Shown: positions 53,988 to 64,000 of the stretch, in pieces
Layout of the letters: each line of letters begins with the position of its first letter
Numbering within the stretch: the stretch's first letter is position 1
DNA from: Octopus sinensis
Lineage: Eukaryota
Length of the DNA stretch: 64,000 nt
Assembly: GCF_006345805.1 (NCBI RefSeq)
Contig: NC_043002.1
Location: 15,438,001-15,502,000, forward strand
Direction of reading: 5' to 3'
Program-made: the position numbers and the translations under genes
Notes under the pieces: model-generated
Databases searched by the model: none
Told to the model about the DNA's origin: nothing
Seen by the model: only the letters and a program-made list of their open reading frames with translations

Positions 53988-54112
53988 CCTACTCGCTTAG
54001 CCAGCGGGGTGGCGTCATTTGAAGGTTAAACAATGCAAAGCGCATTGTGACTAGCGATGTGTAGCAACATCTGATAGTCTGGTCAGTCACATGATGATGA
54101 TGATGATGATGA

Positions 54113-54115
<3 letters not shown>
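53985..54115 (+). mobile_element. SINE tail type c fragment with (GAT)n end
   Basis: Aligns to 39838-39950. Confidence 0.75.
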
Positions 54116-54155
<40 letters not shown>

Positions 54156-54156
<1 letters not shown>

Positions 54157-54655
54157 CTTCGATTAGAGGTTTTGTTAAACTCACGAAGGCATGATTTCAC
54201 CCAAGATATACTAGTTAAACACCTAATATTTTTGGAGAATTAGTTTCCTTAAAATTGTAGGTGCATATATATGTATATATGTGCGTGTATAAACATATAC
54301 CCCATATTCATATAAAACCGATCAACGTAAATGGAGATTGAGAAATTAATAATTGCTTATTAACAACAAATCAATCATCATCACCTACAGCTGTTTCAAT
54401 TAATAGTCAGTGAATATTAATTAAATATTAAATAGCAATGACAGAGGAAATTAAATATATATAAGGTAAGTATATAAAAGGCGTTTATAAGTTATAAATA
54501 CAGTTCAGGAAATTTGTATATATGCAAGTACACCCCACACACAACTACGAATATATAAGAAAACTTGACACATGCGCGAATACATTAATACGTATGCACA
54601 CTCACACACACATACATAATATGTATATATATATATATAAATATGTATATATATG

Positions 54656-54703
<48 letters not shown>

Positions 54704-54812
54704 TTCGATTAAAGGTTTTGTTAAACTCATGAAGGAATGATTTCACCCAAGAAATACTAGTTAAAGACCTAATATTTTGGGGGAATTAGTTTCCTTAAAA
54801 TTATACGTGCAT
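54156..54812. repeat. ~115 bp direct repeat pair (54156-54270 and 54702-54812) bounded by (TA)n
   Basis: acttcgatta[g/a]aggttttgttaaactca...ccttaaaatt[g/a]ta, roughly 90% identical. Confidence 0.85.
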
Positions 54813-54866
54813 ATATATATATATATATATATAATATATATATATATAATATATATATATATTATA

Positions 54867-54906
<40 letters not shown>

Positions 54907-55190
54907 ATATATATATATATAAGAAGCCGTAAGCATATATATGTATATATATATATATTATATATATATATGTATGTATATGTTTACGGCTTCTTACACA
55001 TCATCGCAAAGAAAAATTAATGCAGATCCAATGATGGTCAATAAATTCTGATTGGTTAATGACATTTTGAATTATTTTGTTTACCCTAAAGAGTTTCAAG
55101 GGAAGCATATTTGTTTTAACGGATTTAATAGTAAACATTTAACATATATATATATAACAAAACCAGTGATAAAGAGAAATAACGATGATG

Positions 55191-55241
<51 letters not shown>

Positions 55242-55244
55242 CTT

Positions 55245-55920
55245 TACTGTCTTTTATAATCCAAATGAACATAATGGATAATAGTTATGAAATTGACAAG
55301 AAAAGAAGCGATTCTATAAAATTCTATGGAAAGAGCATTACTGAGCTGGAAGCAATTCAGTGGTCATTGAGATTCACATTGGTTTTGATAGTTTTGCCGA
55401 GGCCACTTTCAAGAATAGGAAATTGATAAGCTGAAATTCAGTTGATGAAACAATTATAAAAGCCTTGAGAAGGAACAAAGCTGAAATGACTAGACATACA
55501 TGAAAGTTTTCTCATTCAGCACACAGTCTTGAAAGAGAAGATTAAGATGGAATGTTATAGGAGATTACGAGCAGTTCTAGAATGAGAGTTAAAGATATAA
55601 TTCGTTAGAGGATTAAATTGTTATTTATAAATTCAATTTTGTAAACTGGAATATTGGTGAAATAAATAAAAAATATTCATAGAAAAATTCGTATGTTGCT
55701 GATTTGTCATAATATACATCATCTAAAGGTAGAAGTAGTTCGACACTACCTTCTCAAAGATCAAATAGGAAGAGGCTTGATCCGGTATGAAATTTATAAC
55801 AAAACCTCCACGATCGGACTGGCCAAATGCCTTTAAGTAACGAAAGACTGGATGCTAAACTTCGTTGAAAATCAGGAAAGGTGCACAGTTCTTCATTCTA
55901 TTTTGAACGAGAAGATAGCA
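55245..55920 (+). pseudogene. Decayed R4/Dong-type RT fragment beside (AAT)n
   Basis: Remnants of KEKIKMECYREIRAVLE, HHLKVEVVRHYL and GRGLI match the 21783-22508 ORF. Confidence 0.6.
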
Positions 55921-57523
55921 TTTGCTACTGATTTGTGCTCACTGCACCAGGCCACGAATATTGGGGAAAGAATAAGTTGATTACATCGACCCCAGTGCTC
56001 AACTGATACTTATTTGATTGACCACAAAAGAATGATTGGCTCCAAAGGAATGAAAAGCAAAGCAGGTCTGCTTTGGATTTAATCCTTTCGAGTTCGATAA
56101 AATAAGTTTCCTTTGAACACTAGTGTAGATGTAAGAGACTATGCCAACTCTCTAAAAGGTATAGAACTGCAAAACTTAGAATCCTTATAATTAATGTTTT
56201 TAAACAGGCTCAGTCGGGAAGCATTCCATTCAACAAAATTTACAAGAAGCAGGAGAGTACATTGCATGAAAAACGAGCAAATTCCAAATATAGTTTGGAA
56301 AAAATGTTCCCGATTTAAAGAACGGCCGCAATCTTTTTGAGCAATACTTATGAGAATTGTGCAAGACGACATACAATGGCAGTAAAGGAACTTTTCACTA
56401 GCAGCCAAGCGTGAACTATATTATTGACACAGAATCATTTCTTTTGTGGAATGAAATATCGACTAACCAAACGAAATGTGAAGCATTAGAATTTTAATTG
56501 AAGTTGACAGGCAAGATTTGGTTCCATAACACCTTATCATGCCAGATCGTTCATATTTAATAGTTTGCATGCGCCTCATAGCAGGGTGAACAACCCTAAA
56601 GGAGCAGTGTCACAGACGCGTCTCAGCATTGTGTACAAAACGGCTTCAGAAATATATTTATGATTTAAATACCATGAAAATCATAATAAAGCGCGCAACT
56701 GAGCATTTTCATAGGTTTTCCTTTATGTATGTGTCATCTCCGTTTTTTTTATGTTGTACAGTCCTCTCCGTTCGTGCTTATGACATCTTAACAAATCTAT
56801 ATTATTATAGACAAAGAAAAAGGTTAGAAACGAATGCATGCATATGTTACTTAGACATCTGCTGAGTCATGTTTCATGTCTCCATTCATATCGTAGCTGT
56901 CAATATGTTACATTTCAAAGCTAAAAGATGTTAAGAAATACAATTATCTCTCGGCATGCATGTGAATGTCTTTATTTTTTTCCTTTTGACATTATTACAA
57001 AGCAAGCGTTGACATTTCAGACGTACGTTATTAGGTATTACTTTATAGTATTAAGTATGATCTCAGAATGGGTCAAGCTTCAGAGACGTTTTTATACTAC
57101 TGTGAATTAGGATAAAGATTCAGTCTAATTTTATGCTGTCAAAATTGCTGCTGTTTTTCAGCGAGTCACGTCATGAATTGCCGAAAATAGTATATATTAT
57201 ATTAGGATACGTAGACGCATCGGAAGAAAATACTTGCTTGTTTTCAGTTTACAATATTCTGCACGACATTTTCAATATATCACAGATTAATAATATTTGA
57301 TGTAATTCCATGACAATGACAACTTCTTTGAGAAACCATTTACCCAGATAAAATTGACGAAAAGCATGAAAAGAAATAATTATAATAAAACACAAATATA
57401 AATAAACCATTAACAATCTGTAGCATTTCTTCACCACTAAAGTTAACGTTGTTGTTCAAAGATATCTGTGGGCGATGAAGACAATATATCTAGTTTGAGA
57501 GAACTGTTTTGCAGGTTGCTGAT

Positions 57524-57822
57524 TGTTTGTTTGTTTGTTTGTTGTTTGTTTGTTTGGTTGTTGAGCGAAGCGGTCTTCGTCCTGTAGTGAGAGAAGTCCG
57601 AAACGTGGTCCTTTGTTATTCGTAAGACCCGCAGAAGAGAGAAAGCAGGTCAACCCCCGACACCGAGAGCATCGACGGACGGATGAATGCGCATCCAGGC
57701 TCGGCGGTTGCGTAGGAAGTCGGGGACAAGAAACAGGAAGAAAGAGTGAGAGAAAGTTGAAGAGAAAGAGTACAACAGAGGTCGCCACTACCCCCTGCTG
57801 GATCCTCATGGAGCTTTACGTA
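57524..57822 (-). mobile_element. 5'-truncated SINE (tail type d) with (AAAC)n tail and 13-bp TSD
   Basis: gcaggttgctgat at 57511-57523 and 57823-57835. Shared core aaagctccatgaggatccagcagggg on the minus strand. Confidence 0.85.
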
Positions 57823-58099
57823 GCAGGTTGCTGATCAAAATCCAAGCATATTTTGTGCGTTGCTACAGATTGTGATGGTAAAGGGAAAAAACATTTTTCC
57901 CTATTCAGATACTAACAAATGCAAAATAGTTTTGTCAACATACTCTCACCGTCTCATATTTGGAAAATAAATTTGCAATAATCATTCTGCATCTTAGCAA
58001 CACGTAACAATGTTGGTCCAATGAAGGATTGATAAGTTTAAGTATTTATACTTCGTTTGGTACATATTGAAACAAAGAATTATGGTATGTCTTCATGCG

Positions 58100-58585
58100 A
58101 GCCGGGCGAAATGCTTAGCGGTATTTCTTCTGCCGTTACGTTCTGAGTTCAAATTCTGCCGAGGTCGACTTTGCCTTTCATCCTTTCGGGGTCGATTAAA
58201 TAAGTACAGTTACGCACTGGGGTCGATATGATCGACTTAATCCGTTTGTCTGTCCTTGTTCGTCTTCTCTGTGTTTAGCTCCTTGTGGATAGTAAAGAAA
58301 TAGGTATTTCGTCTGCCGTAACGTTCTGAGTTCAAATTCCACCGAGGTCGACTTTGCCTTTCATTCTTTCGGGGTCGATAAATTAAGTACCAGTTACGCA
58401 CTGGGGCCGATGTAATCGACTTAATCCCTTTGTCTGTCCTTGTTTGTCCCCTCTATGTTTACCCCCTTGTGGGCAATAAAGAAATAAGAAATCGTAGCAC
58501 ACCGGGCAAAACACTCAGCGGTATTTCGTCTGCCGCTCTGTCCCCTCTGTGTTTAGCCCGATGCGGGTAATAAAGAAATAGGTAT
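58100..58585 (+). mobile_element. Head-to-tail multimer of the 26059-family SINE
   Basis: Two ~180 bp units plus a deleted third, each restarting at ggtatttc[g/t]tctgccg. Confidence 0.85.
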
Positions 58586-59302
58586 GTCTTCAATAGTACA
58601 TATCATATATATAAAAACAAACAGTTTCGTTACATCCATTGCAAATTTTTTTAACTATAGCAGCGCAGAAGAATAGTATTAATTCGAATCCGCATAGATT
58701 TAATTATGGGTAGTCATTTGCGTACCTCATACAACAATACTGATTATTTAGACGCATCAAATAAAACAAGCTGTATCTAATTAAAAAATTTCAGCTGGTT
58801 ATCCAAATTACAAAGCATAATAGCTGGGGGGCTTGAATTAGCAGTGAGATTTTTAGATAATTAAGGTAACTCTTTTTCAGTTTTTCAGGATTAAAAAAAA
58901 TTTATTTTAATGTTCACTAACGAATATGAAACATAGAAATAACACAGTAACAGTAGGAGAATCAGCAATAACATTAGAAATATGAAAGTGTAAAAGAAAG
59001 AAAGGAAAGAAGTAAAAAAGAAAAAAAGATATAAGGTAGCTTTTGGTGTTGTTTTTCAAGATGATGCTAAGGGGGAGGAGGATGAGATTAATGGTAGTGG
59101 TGATTGTGATTGCCTTAGCATTATTTATTTAATGCGATTTTTTATTATAGATATGGTATATTTGGGAAATCTAAAACTCATTTGTACTGATTTCATGCTG
59201 ATTTCACAGTTAGAATTACGAATTTTGCACAATTAGCGATGATGTAAATGCTAAAAACAAATGATATTTTGAATTATGGCATGATCATTTCCGTTTAAAT
59301 AA

Positions 59303-59460
59303 TAATCCTTTCTACCATTGGCACAAGACATGAATTTTGTGGGGAGGGGGGTAGTCGATCGAATACGAACCTATTTCTCAACTGGTACGTAATTTATCGA
59401 CCCCGAAAGGATGAAAGGCAAAGTCGACTTCAGCGGAATTTGAAATCAGAACATAGCGGC
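59303..59460 (-). mobile_element. SINE fragment related to the 26059 family
   Basis: tttatcgaccccgaaaggatgaaaggcaaagtcgac is the reverse complement of the family core. Confidence 0.75.
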
Positions 59461-59689
59461 CGAAGGTGAGCCCGAAGACTGCATTGATGGTTACAGCTCG
59501 CATTCTAAGAAGACTATAGTCTGTTTGAGTCACGGGAGAAGGTACTACTTGAAACCTTTAGGGATTTGTTATTGCCTGCTTTTAAGTAAAGAATGATCGG
59601 TAACTAAGAACTATCCGAGTCTTTCAGGTATACAACGACGACAACAACAACAACAACAACAAAAATACATAGCAAAAACACCAAAACTT

Positions 59690-60420
59690 GCGAGTATATA
59701 TAACATACAGGAAATAGTACTACTAGGCACCGCGCACAGCCTACTTAGAGATATGTTGACAGCAAACGGAGACTTCTAACCTATGAGTGACATCAAAATG
59801 CATTACTTGCCCAGAAGAAAGGGTGGGAGATTTTCATCAGTTGCCAGGATTGTATCGAAACAGAGAAAAACTGCTTTGGGTGGTATATAAAATCTGTGGA
59901 GCTACGGGGAAGGCCGGCGTCATCAAAACTGGAAATTGTGTAACCGAAGGAGAAATTTAAGCAACAAATGGCCAAATGAAGACAAACGTGTATTGAAAAA
60001 AGAGAAAATGTACGATCAGTTTGCAAGAGATAAGGACGCCAAGACAGATACAGAAGACGGGTGGCTATGGATGAGGAGGAGTGACCTGAAGAGAGGGATA
60101 AATGCACTCACATGCGCAGCTCAGAAACAAGCGTTAAGGATCAATCATATGAAGTGCAGAATTGATAACGCTACATAGAGCAACAAATGCAGAATATGTG
60201 GTGAGACGGGTGAAATGGTAGTTCACATCGTCGGCGGAAGCTCGACATTGGCACAACGCGAATACAAAAGACTCCTTGACAATGTGGAAAAAATGATCCA
60301 TTTGGAGCTCTGTTGAATTCTCGGACTATGAAATGCAAAGACGTTGTATGAAGTGCAGACGTTGACTCCAGAAGGAGTCATCGAAAATGAGAATTGCAAA
60401 ATGCTGTCGCATTGAATCAC
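59690..60420 (+). pseudogene. Decayed R4/Dong-type fragments
   Basis: IQEIVLLGTAHSL, WLWMRRSDLKRGINALTCAAQKQALR, KCRICGETGEMVVHIV and PEGVIENENCK. Confidence 0.75.
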
Positions 60421-60556
60421 TTGGAAGCATCAACACTGAACTACTAACATGGCTGAAAAAGATCCGTGTAAGTTAGGAGGTAGAAGCAAGTCGCACCTTA
60501 GTTTGCTGTCTGTAAACAGCTGACACTCTCCCTCATACTCAACAAAGTAAGCTAAC

Positions 60557-60557
<1 letters not shown>

Positions 60558-60592
<35 letters not shown>

Positions 60593-60657
60593 CGATAATA
60601 ATAATAATAATAATAACAACACCGATAATAATAATAATAATAATAATAACAACAACG

Positions 60658-60688
<31 letters not shown>

Positions 60689-60953
60689 CAACGATAATAA
60701 TAATCATAATAATAATAACAACGATAATAATAATAATAATAATAATAACAACAACAACATTATTAATAATAATAATAATAACAACAACATTATTAATAAT
60801 AATAATAATAACAACACCATTATTAATAATAATAATAACAACAACAACAACATTATTAATAATAATAATAATAACAACATTATTAATAATAATAATAATA
60901 ACAACAACATTATTAATAATAATAATAATAACAACAACAACAACAACAACATT

Positions 60954-60988
<35 letters not shown>

Positions 60989-60996
60989 CAACAATA
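60558..60996. repeat. Higher-order AAT/AAC/ATT triplet minisatellite
   Basis: ~27-36 bp units (aat)n(aac)n-gat, switching to (aat)n(aac)n-attatt. Confidence 0.9.
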
Positions 60997-61512
60997 GCGG
61001 CCGGAGGTGTTCTTCGCTGGGCTGACCAGTCAGCAGTGAATAACACAGAAACACTTATACAAACCTGCAGAATAGCTGAAAAATAGCTTTAAAACACTGG
61101 AATATCTGCAATCTCCTGTGAATAGTTAAATGTTTCCCCTGAAATAAGGTTAGAAACTTACATACCTACATTTTTCTCTGGAATAAAAAAGAAACTATCA
61201 ACTTCAAAATCTTCAACTTTTTAATTGTAAGAACACTAGAGTTTTCACTGTTCAGACGTACAAACAATATTCTTTAGAAAATTTAAATTTCAAATATCTA
61301 AAATTTTTTCGAAAATGTAAGCATACTACGGATAGCAACAAATTCAAAGCACGATAAAATTATAAGAGATAAGCACCTGCAAATGTATACGAACTGTACA
61401 ATTACGAAAAATAAACCACAGCAAATCTAAGAAACCTAATGAAAATGAAATTAAAACAAAAGAAGAAAAATCAATAAAACGTCAGATTCAAGATGTTGAA
61501 CAGTATATATAT

Positions 61513-61569
<57 letters not shown>

Positions 61570-61570
<1 letters not shown>

Positions 61571-62180
61571 TGGTATTATTAAAATACCATCACAGGTGGT
61601 AAGCGAATTATTAGCCGTAAAGGCAAATTAATAAAATATATAAATACAATATTAGATATGTACATATATACATAAGGCTACTCAGTGAGTACTTATATCG
61701 CTCATGATAGAAGTCAAAAAATACTTCTGCAGCACCGAAAAGTCACAAATCTATTACAGACAGGATAGGAAAAAAATATCAGTCAACAATAATAATGTCT
61801 TACCTTAAATGGGTCAGAACAAGTAAATGCTGGTCAACTCGGTACCGGTTTCGAAATTTAGCGTCACGTAGACGCGTGATTTCTCATCAGCCGAAGTCCG
61901 CCATCTAAATAACTACTAACATCCCCCCATCATGCCTGCGAAAGTTCGTTTGAATTGACCAAGCACCGTACGAACAAACGAAATGCGTAAAATCATTTAT
62001 AAATATATATAGGGATGGTATTATTAAAATACGATCACAAGTGGTAAGAGAATTATGAGCCGTACAGACAAATTAAAGAAATATATATACATACAATATT
62101 AGATACGTACATGTATACATAAGAGTACTAAATGAGTACCTATATCTCTCATGATAGAAGTAAAAAAATACTTCTGTACC
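61570..62180. repeat. ~160 bp diverged direct repeat (61570-61730 and 62015-62178), each copy adjoining a hammerhead-bearing segment
   Basis: atggtattattaaaatac...ctcatgatagaagt.aaaaaatacttctg occurs in both copies. Confidence 0.85.
61838..61895 (-). ncRNA. Minimal type I hammerhead ribozyme motif
   Basis: Minus strand UUCGG-CUGAUGA-GAAAU...AUUUC-GAAA-CCGG-UA^CCGAG. All core nucleotides present, stem I 5 bp, stem II 5+ bp, palindromic stem III ACCGGU. Confidence 0.85.
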
Positions 62181-62349
62181 ATTAAGGGTTTAGCAAAAAG
62201 TTGCTTCACCACATACCGAAAATTTAGAAATACCAGTCAAGACCGACTAATTCCATTAACTAGAAATATAACTCCACTGACAAGAATACGTGTAACTCAC
62301 GTAGGCAAACAAGAAGATAAATAACGAAAATAACCAGTCATTTGATTAA

Positions 62350-62405
62350 TCATGTACGCGTTTCGGGATTAGAATTGTAAAATTCACTTCCACTCATCAG
62401 CATGA
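62350..62405 (-). ncRNA. Minimal type I hammerhead ribozyme motif
   Basis: Minus strand UCAUG-CUGAUGA-GUGGA..GAAUU(UUAC)AAUUC..UCCC-GAAA-CGCG-UA^CAUGA. Intact core, perfect 5-bp stem I, palindromic stem III ACGCGU. Confidence 0.85.
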
Positions 62406-62469
62406 GAGTATGCAAATCAAAAGCGGAAAGCAGTACTCACATAGTAAGTAAATGTAGCATGCTGGTACA

Positions 62470-62950
62470 TAAAGAATGCAAAAAAAGACATGACAATCTA
62501 AGGAGAGCAACAAACTGGAAGTTATGTAGATAACTAGGATTTGAACATGCTGATAAATGGAAGGAATTCAAGTTATGAGATTTTAACTTTCAGACTGACA
62601 GTCTAATAGCAGCTAGAAGGCCTGATTTGGTAGGAGTAGACAAAGAGAATAGAAAGACAAAGAGAATATGAAATGCCATTGAATTGACTTTACAGTCCCA
62701 AATGATTAAAAAGGTAATATGAGAAATAGCTGTTGAATTAGAGAGACTAGGGAAACTGCGGATAAAATGTAACTCATCAGTTATAAGTGCACTGGGAACT
62801 ATCCCTATAGACATGAGCAGATGGATAGAGGAAATAGGCATAAAATCCAGTTTAGAACAATTGCGGGAAACAGGTTCAATAGTGACAGCTAGGATAATTA
62901 GGTTGGTTCTTGGTATCTCAGTTTACTTGTTGTAACCTAATAGAAGGGTT
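62470..62950 (+). pseudogene. Decayed R4/Dong-type RLE C-terminus
   Basis: KRHDNLRRATNWKLC, FQTDSLIAARRPDLVGVDKENRK and VISALGTIP. Confidence 0.75.
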
Positions 62951-64000
62951 ATTCGCATCTAAGGCAACTTGTAGCCAGATGTTACGATGGTTTTGTTTTC
63001 CAACATTCTAATCTGTAGCATGTATATGATAGACAATAATAGTAACGCGTGCTAAACATGTAAAACAAAAATATTTCTCTTATGTATTCCAAAAAGTGAT
63101 GCATTCTTCACTTCAGTTGTTCGAGATTGTTGTCAGTGGGTAGTTTAACTTAATGGTAGAATATTCAGCCATGTCTGACGGGTGCTGGTTCCAGTCACGT
63201 GGTTATTTATTGAGAACTTTTCTTTTCGGTCTTATAAGGGTAATAATACCCACTTGATTTAGTTTTCACGGCTGTAATGCGTTAGAAATCTTCCGTTCAT
63301 CTCTATATAAAAACGATACAAGTTGGACGATTCAATAAAAAAATGAACTTTTTCTTTACATATTTTTGTTGCATCTCTCTCTCTCTCTCTCTCTCGATAT
63401 TTGTTTTCCGTGAAAGTTTGGCGCGCTGTTAGTTGGGGCATTTGAATTATAACGTCGGATGTAATCAATTGAACCACACGCGTATTTATCGTTATGGTAA
63501 AATCTGGCGTGTGATTGAGTGGATTTCATCCAGATAGTTTTGGCTGACGAGCTACAAATGGATTTTTTTGTAAGTAAAATTACATTTAATTCATTAATAG
63601 CGAAACAATTGTCCCAAAATAATCTGTATTTTGTTATTTTTTATTTGCCCTGTCCGTGTGAGCTAACAATCGTACTGACTTTCATGGGAAACATGTATTT
63701 TCGTGGTTGAAACCTTTTGGATTAACTGGTGCTAGAGTGAGCCATATAGTGACCACTCTCTTATATTTTTTATATATATATATATAATATATATATATTA
63801 TATATATATATATATATATTATTATATATATATATATATATATATATGTTACCTATATATGTAGGTATCTCTCTATCTATCTATATTTACACATACATAT
63901 ATGTAAAGAGTGTGTATGCTTTTGATGAAACGTTGAATATTGTACGGATGTCAGAGAAACGTATTGATGAGAGATGACCACTGTCAAAACTCCGTGCAAG

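Noticed and set aside
56180-56400. NEQIPNIVWKKCS resembling a Kolobok/Mutator-like transposase C-terminal motif
   Set aside because: Single short motif with no termini or further support.

Overview
This is AT-rich, microsatellite-laden eukaryotic DNA with no recognisable host protein-coding gene, rRNA, true tRNA or CRISPR array. The repeat landscape most resembles an octopus/cephalopod genome (inference, not a database match). The window is a mosaic of transposable elements. (1) A near-complete APE-RT LINE of the CR1/L2 group (~11.7-17.65 kb) has a duplicated 5' region, a ~1 kb modular palindromic array and an unusual ORF1 (Myb/trihelix-like domain plus CCCH finger). (2) A full-length R4/Dong-type RLE LINE on the minus strand (20.66-24.8 kb) sits in (TAA)n, with several older Dong fragments elsewhere. 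(3) Mariner, Tc1, piggyBac, Kolobok-like and Ginger-like DNA transposon relics occur, some nested. (4) Many tRNA-derived SINEs carry interchangeable tails, one of which is shared with the LINE 3' end. (5) Small Penelope-like remnants carry hammerhead ribozyme motifs, including two with intact catalytic cores ~510 bp apart on the minus strand at 61.8-62.4 kb. Most ORFs in the supplied track are microsatellite artefacts. Coordinates of degenerate elements are approximate.
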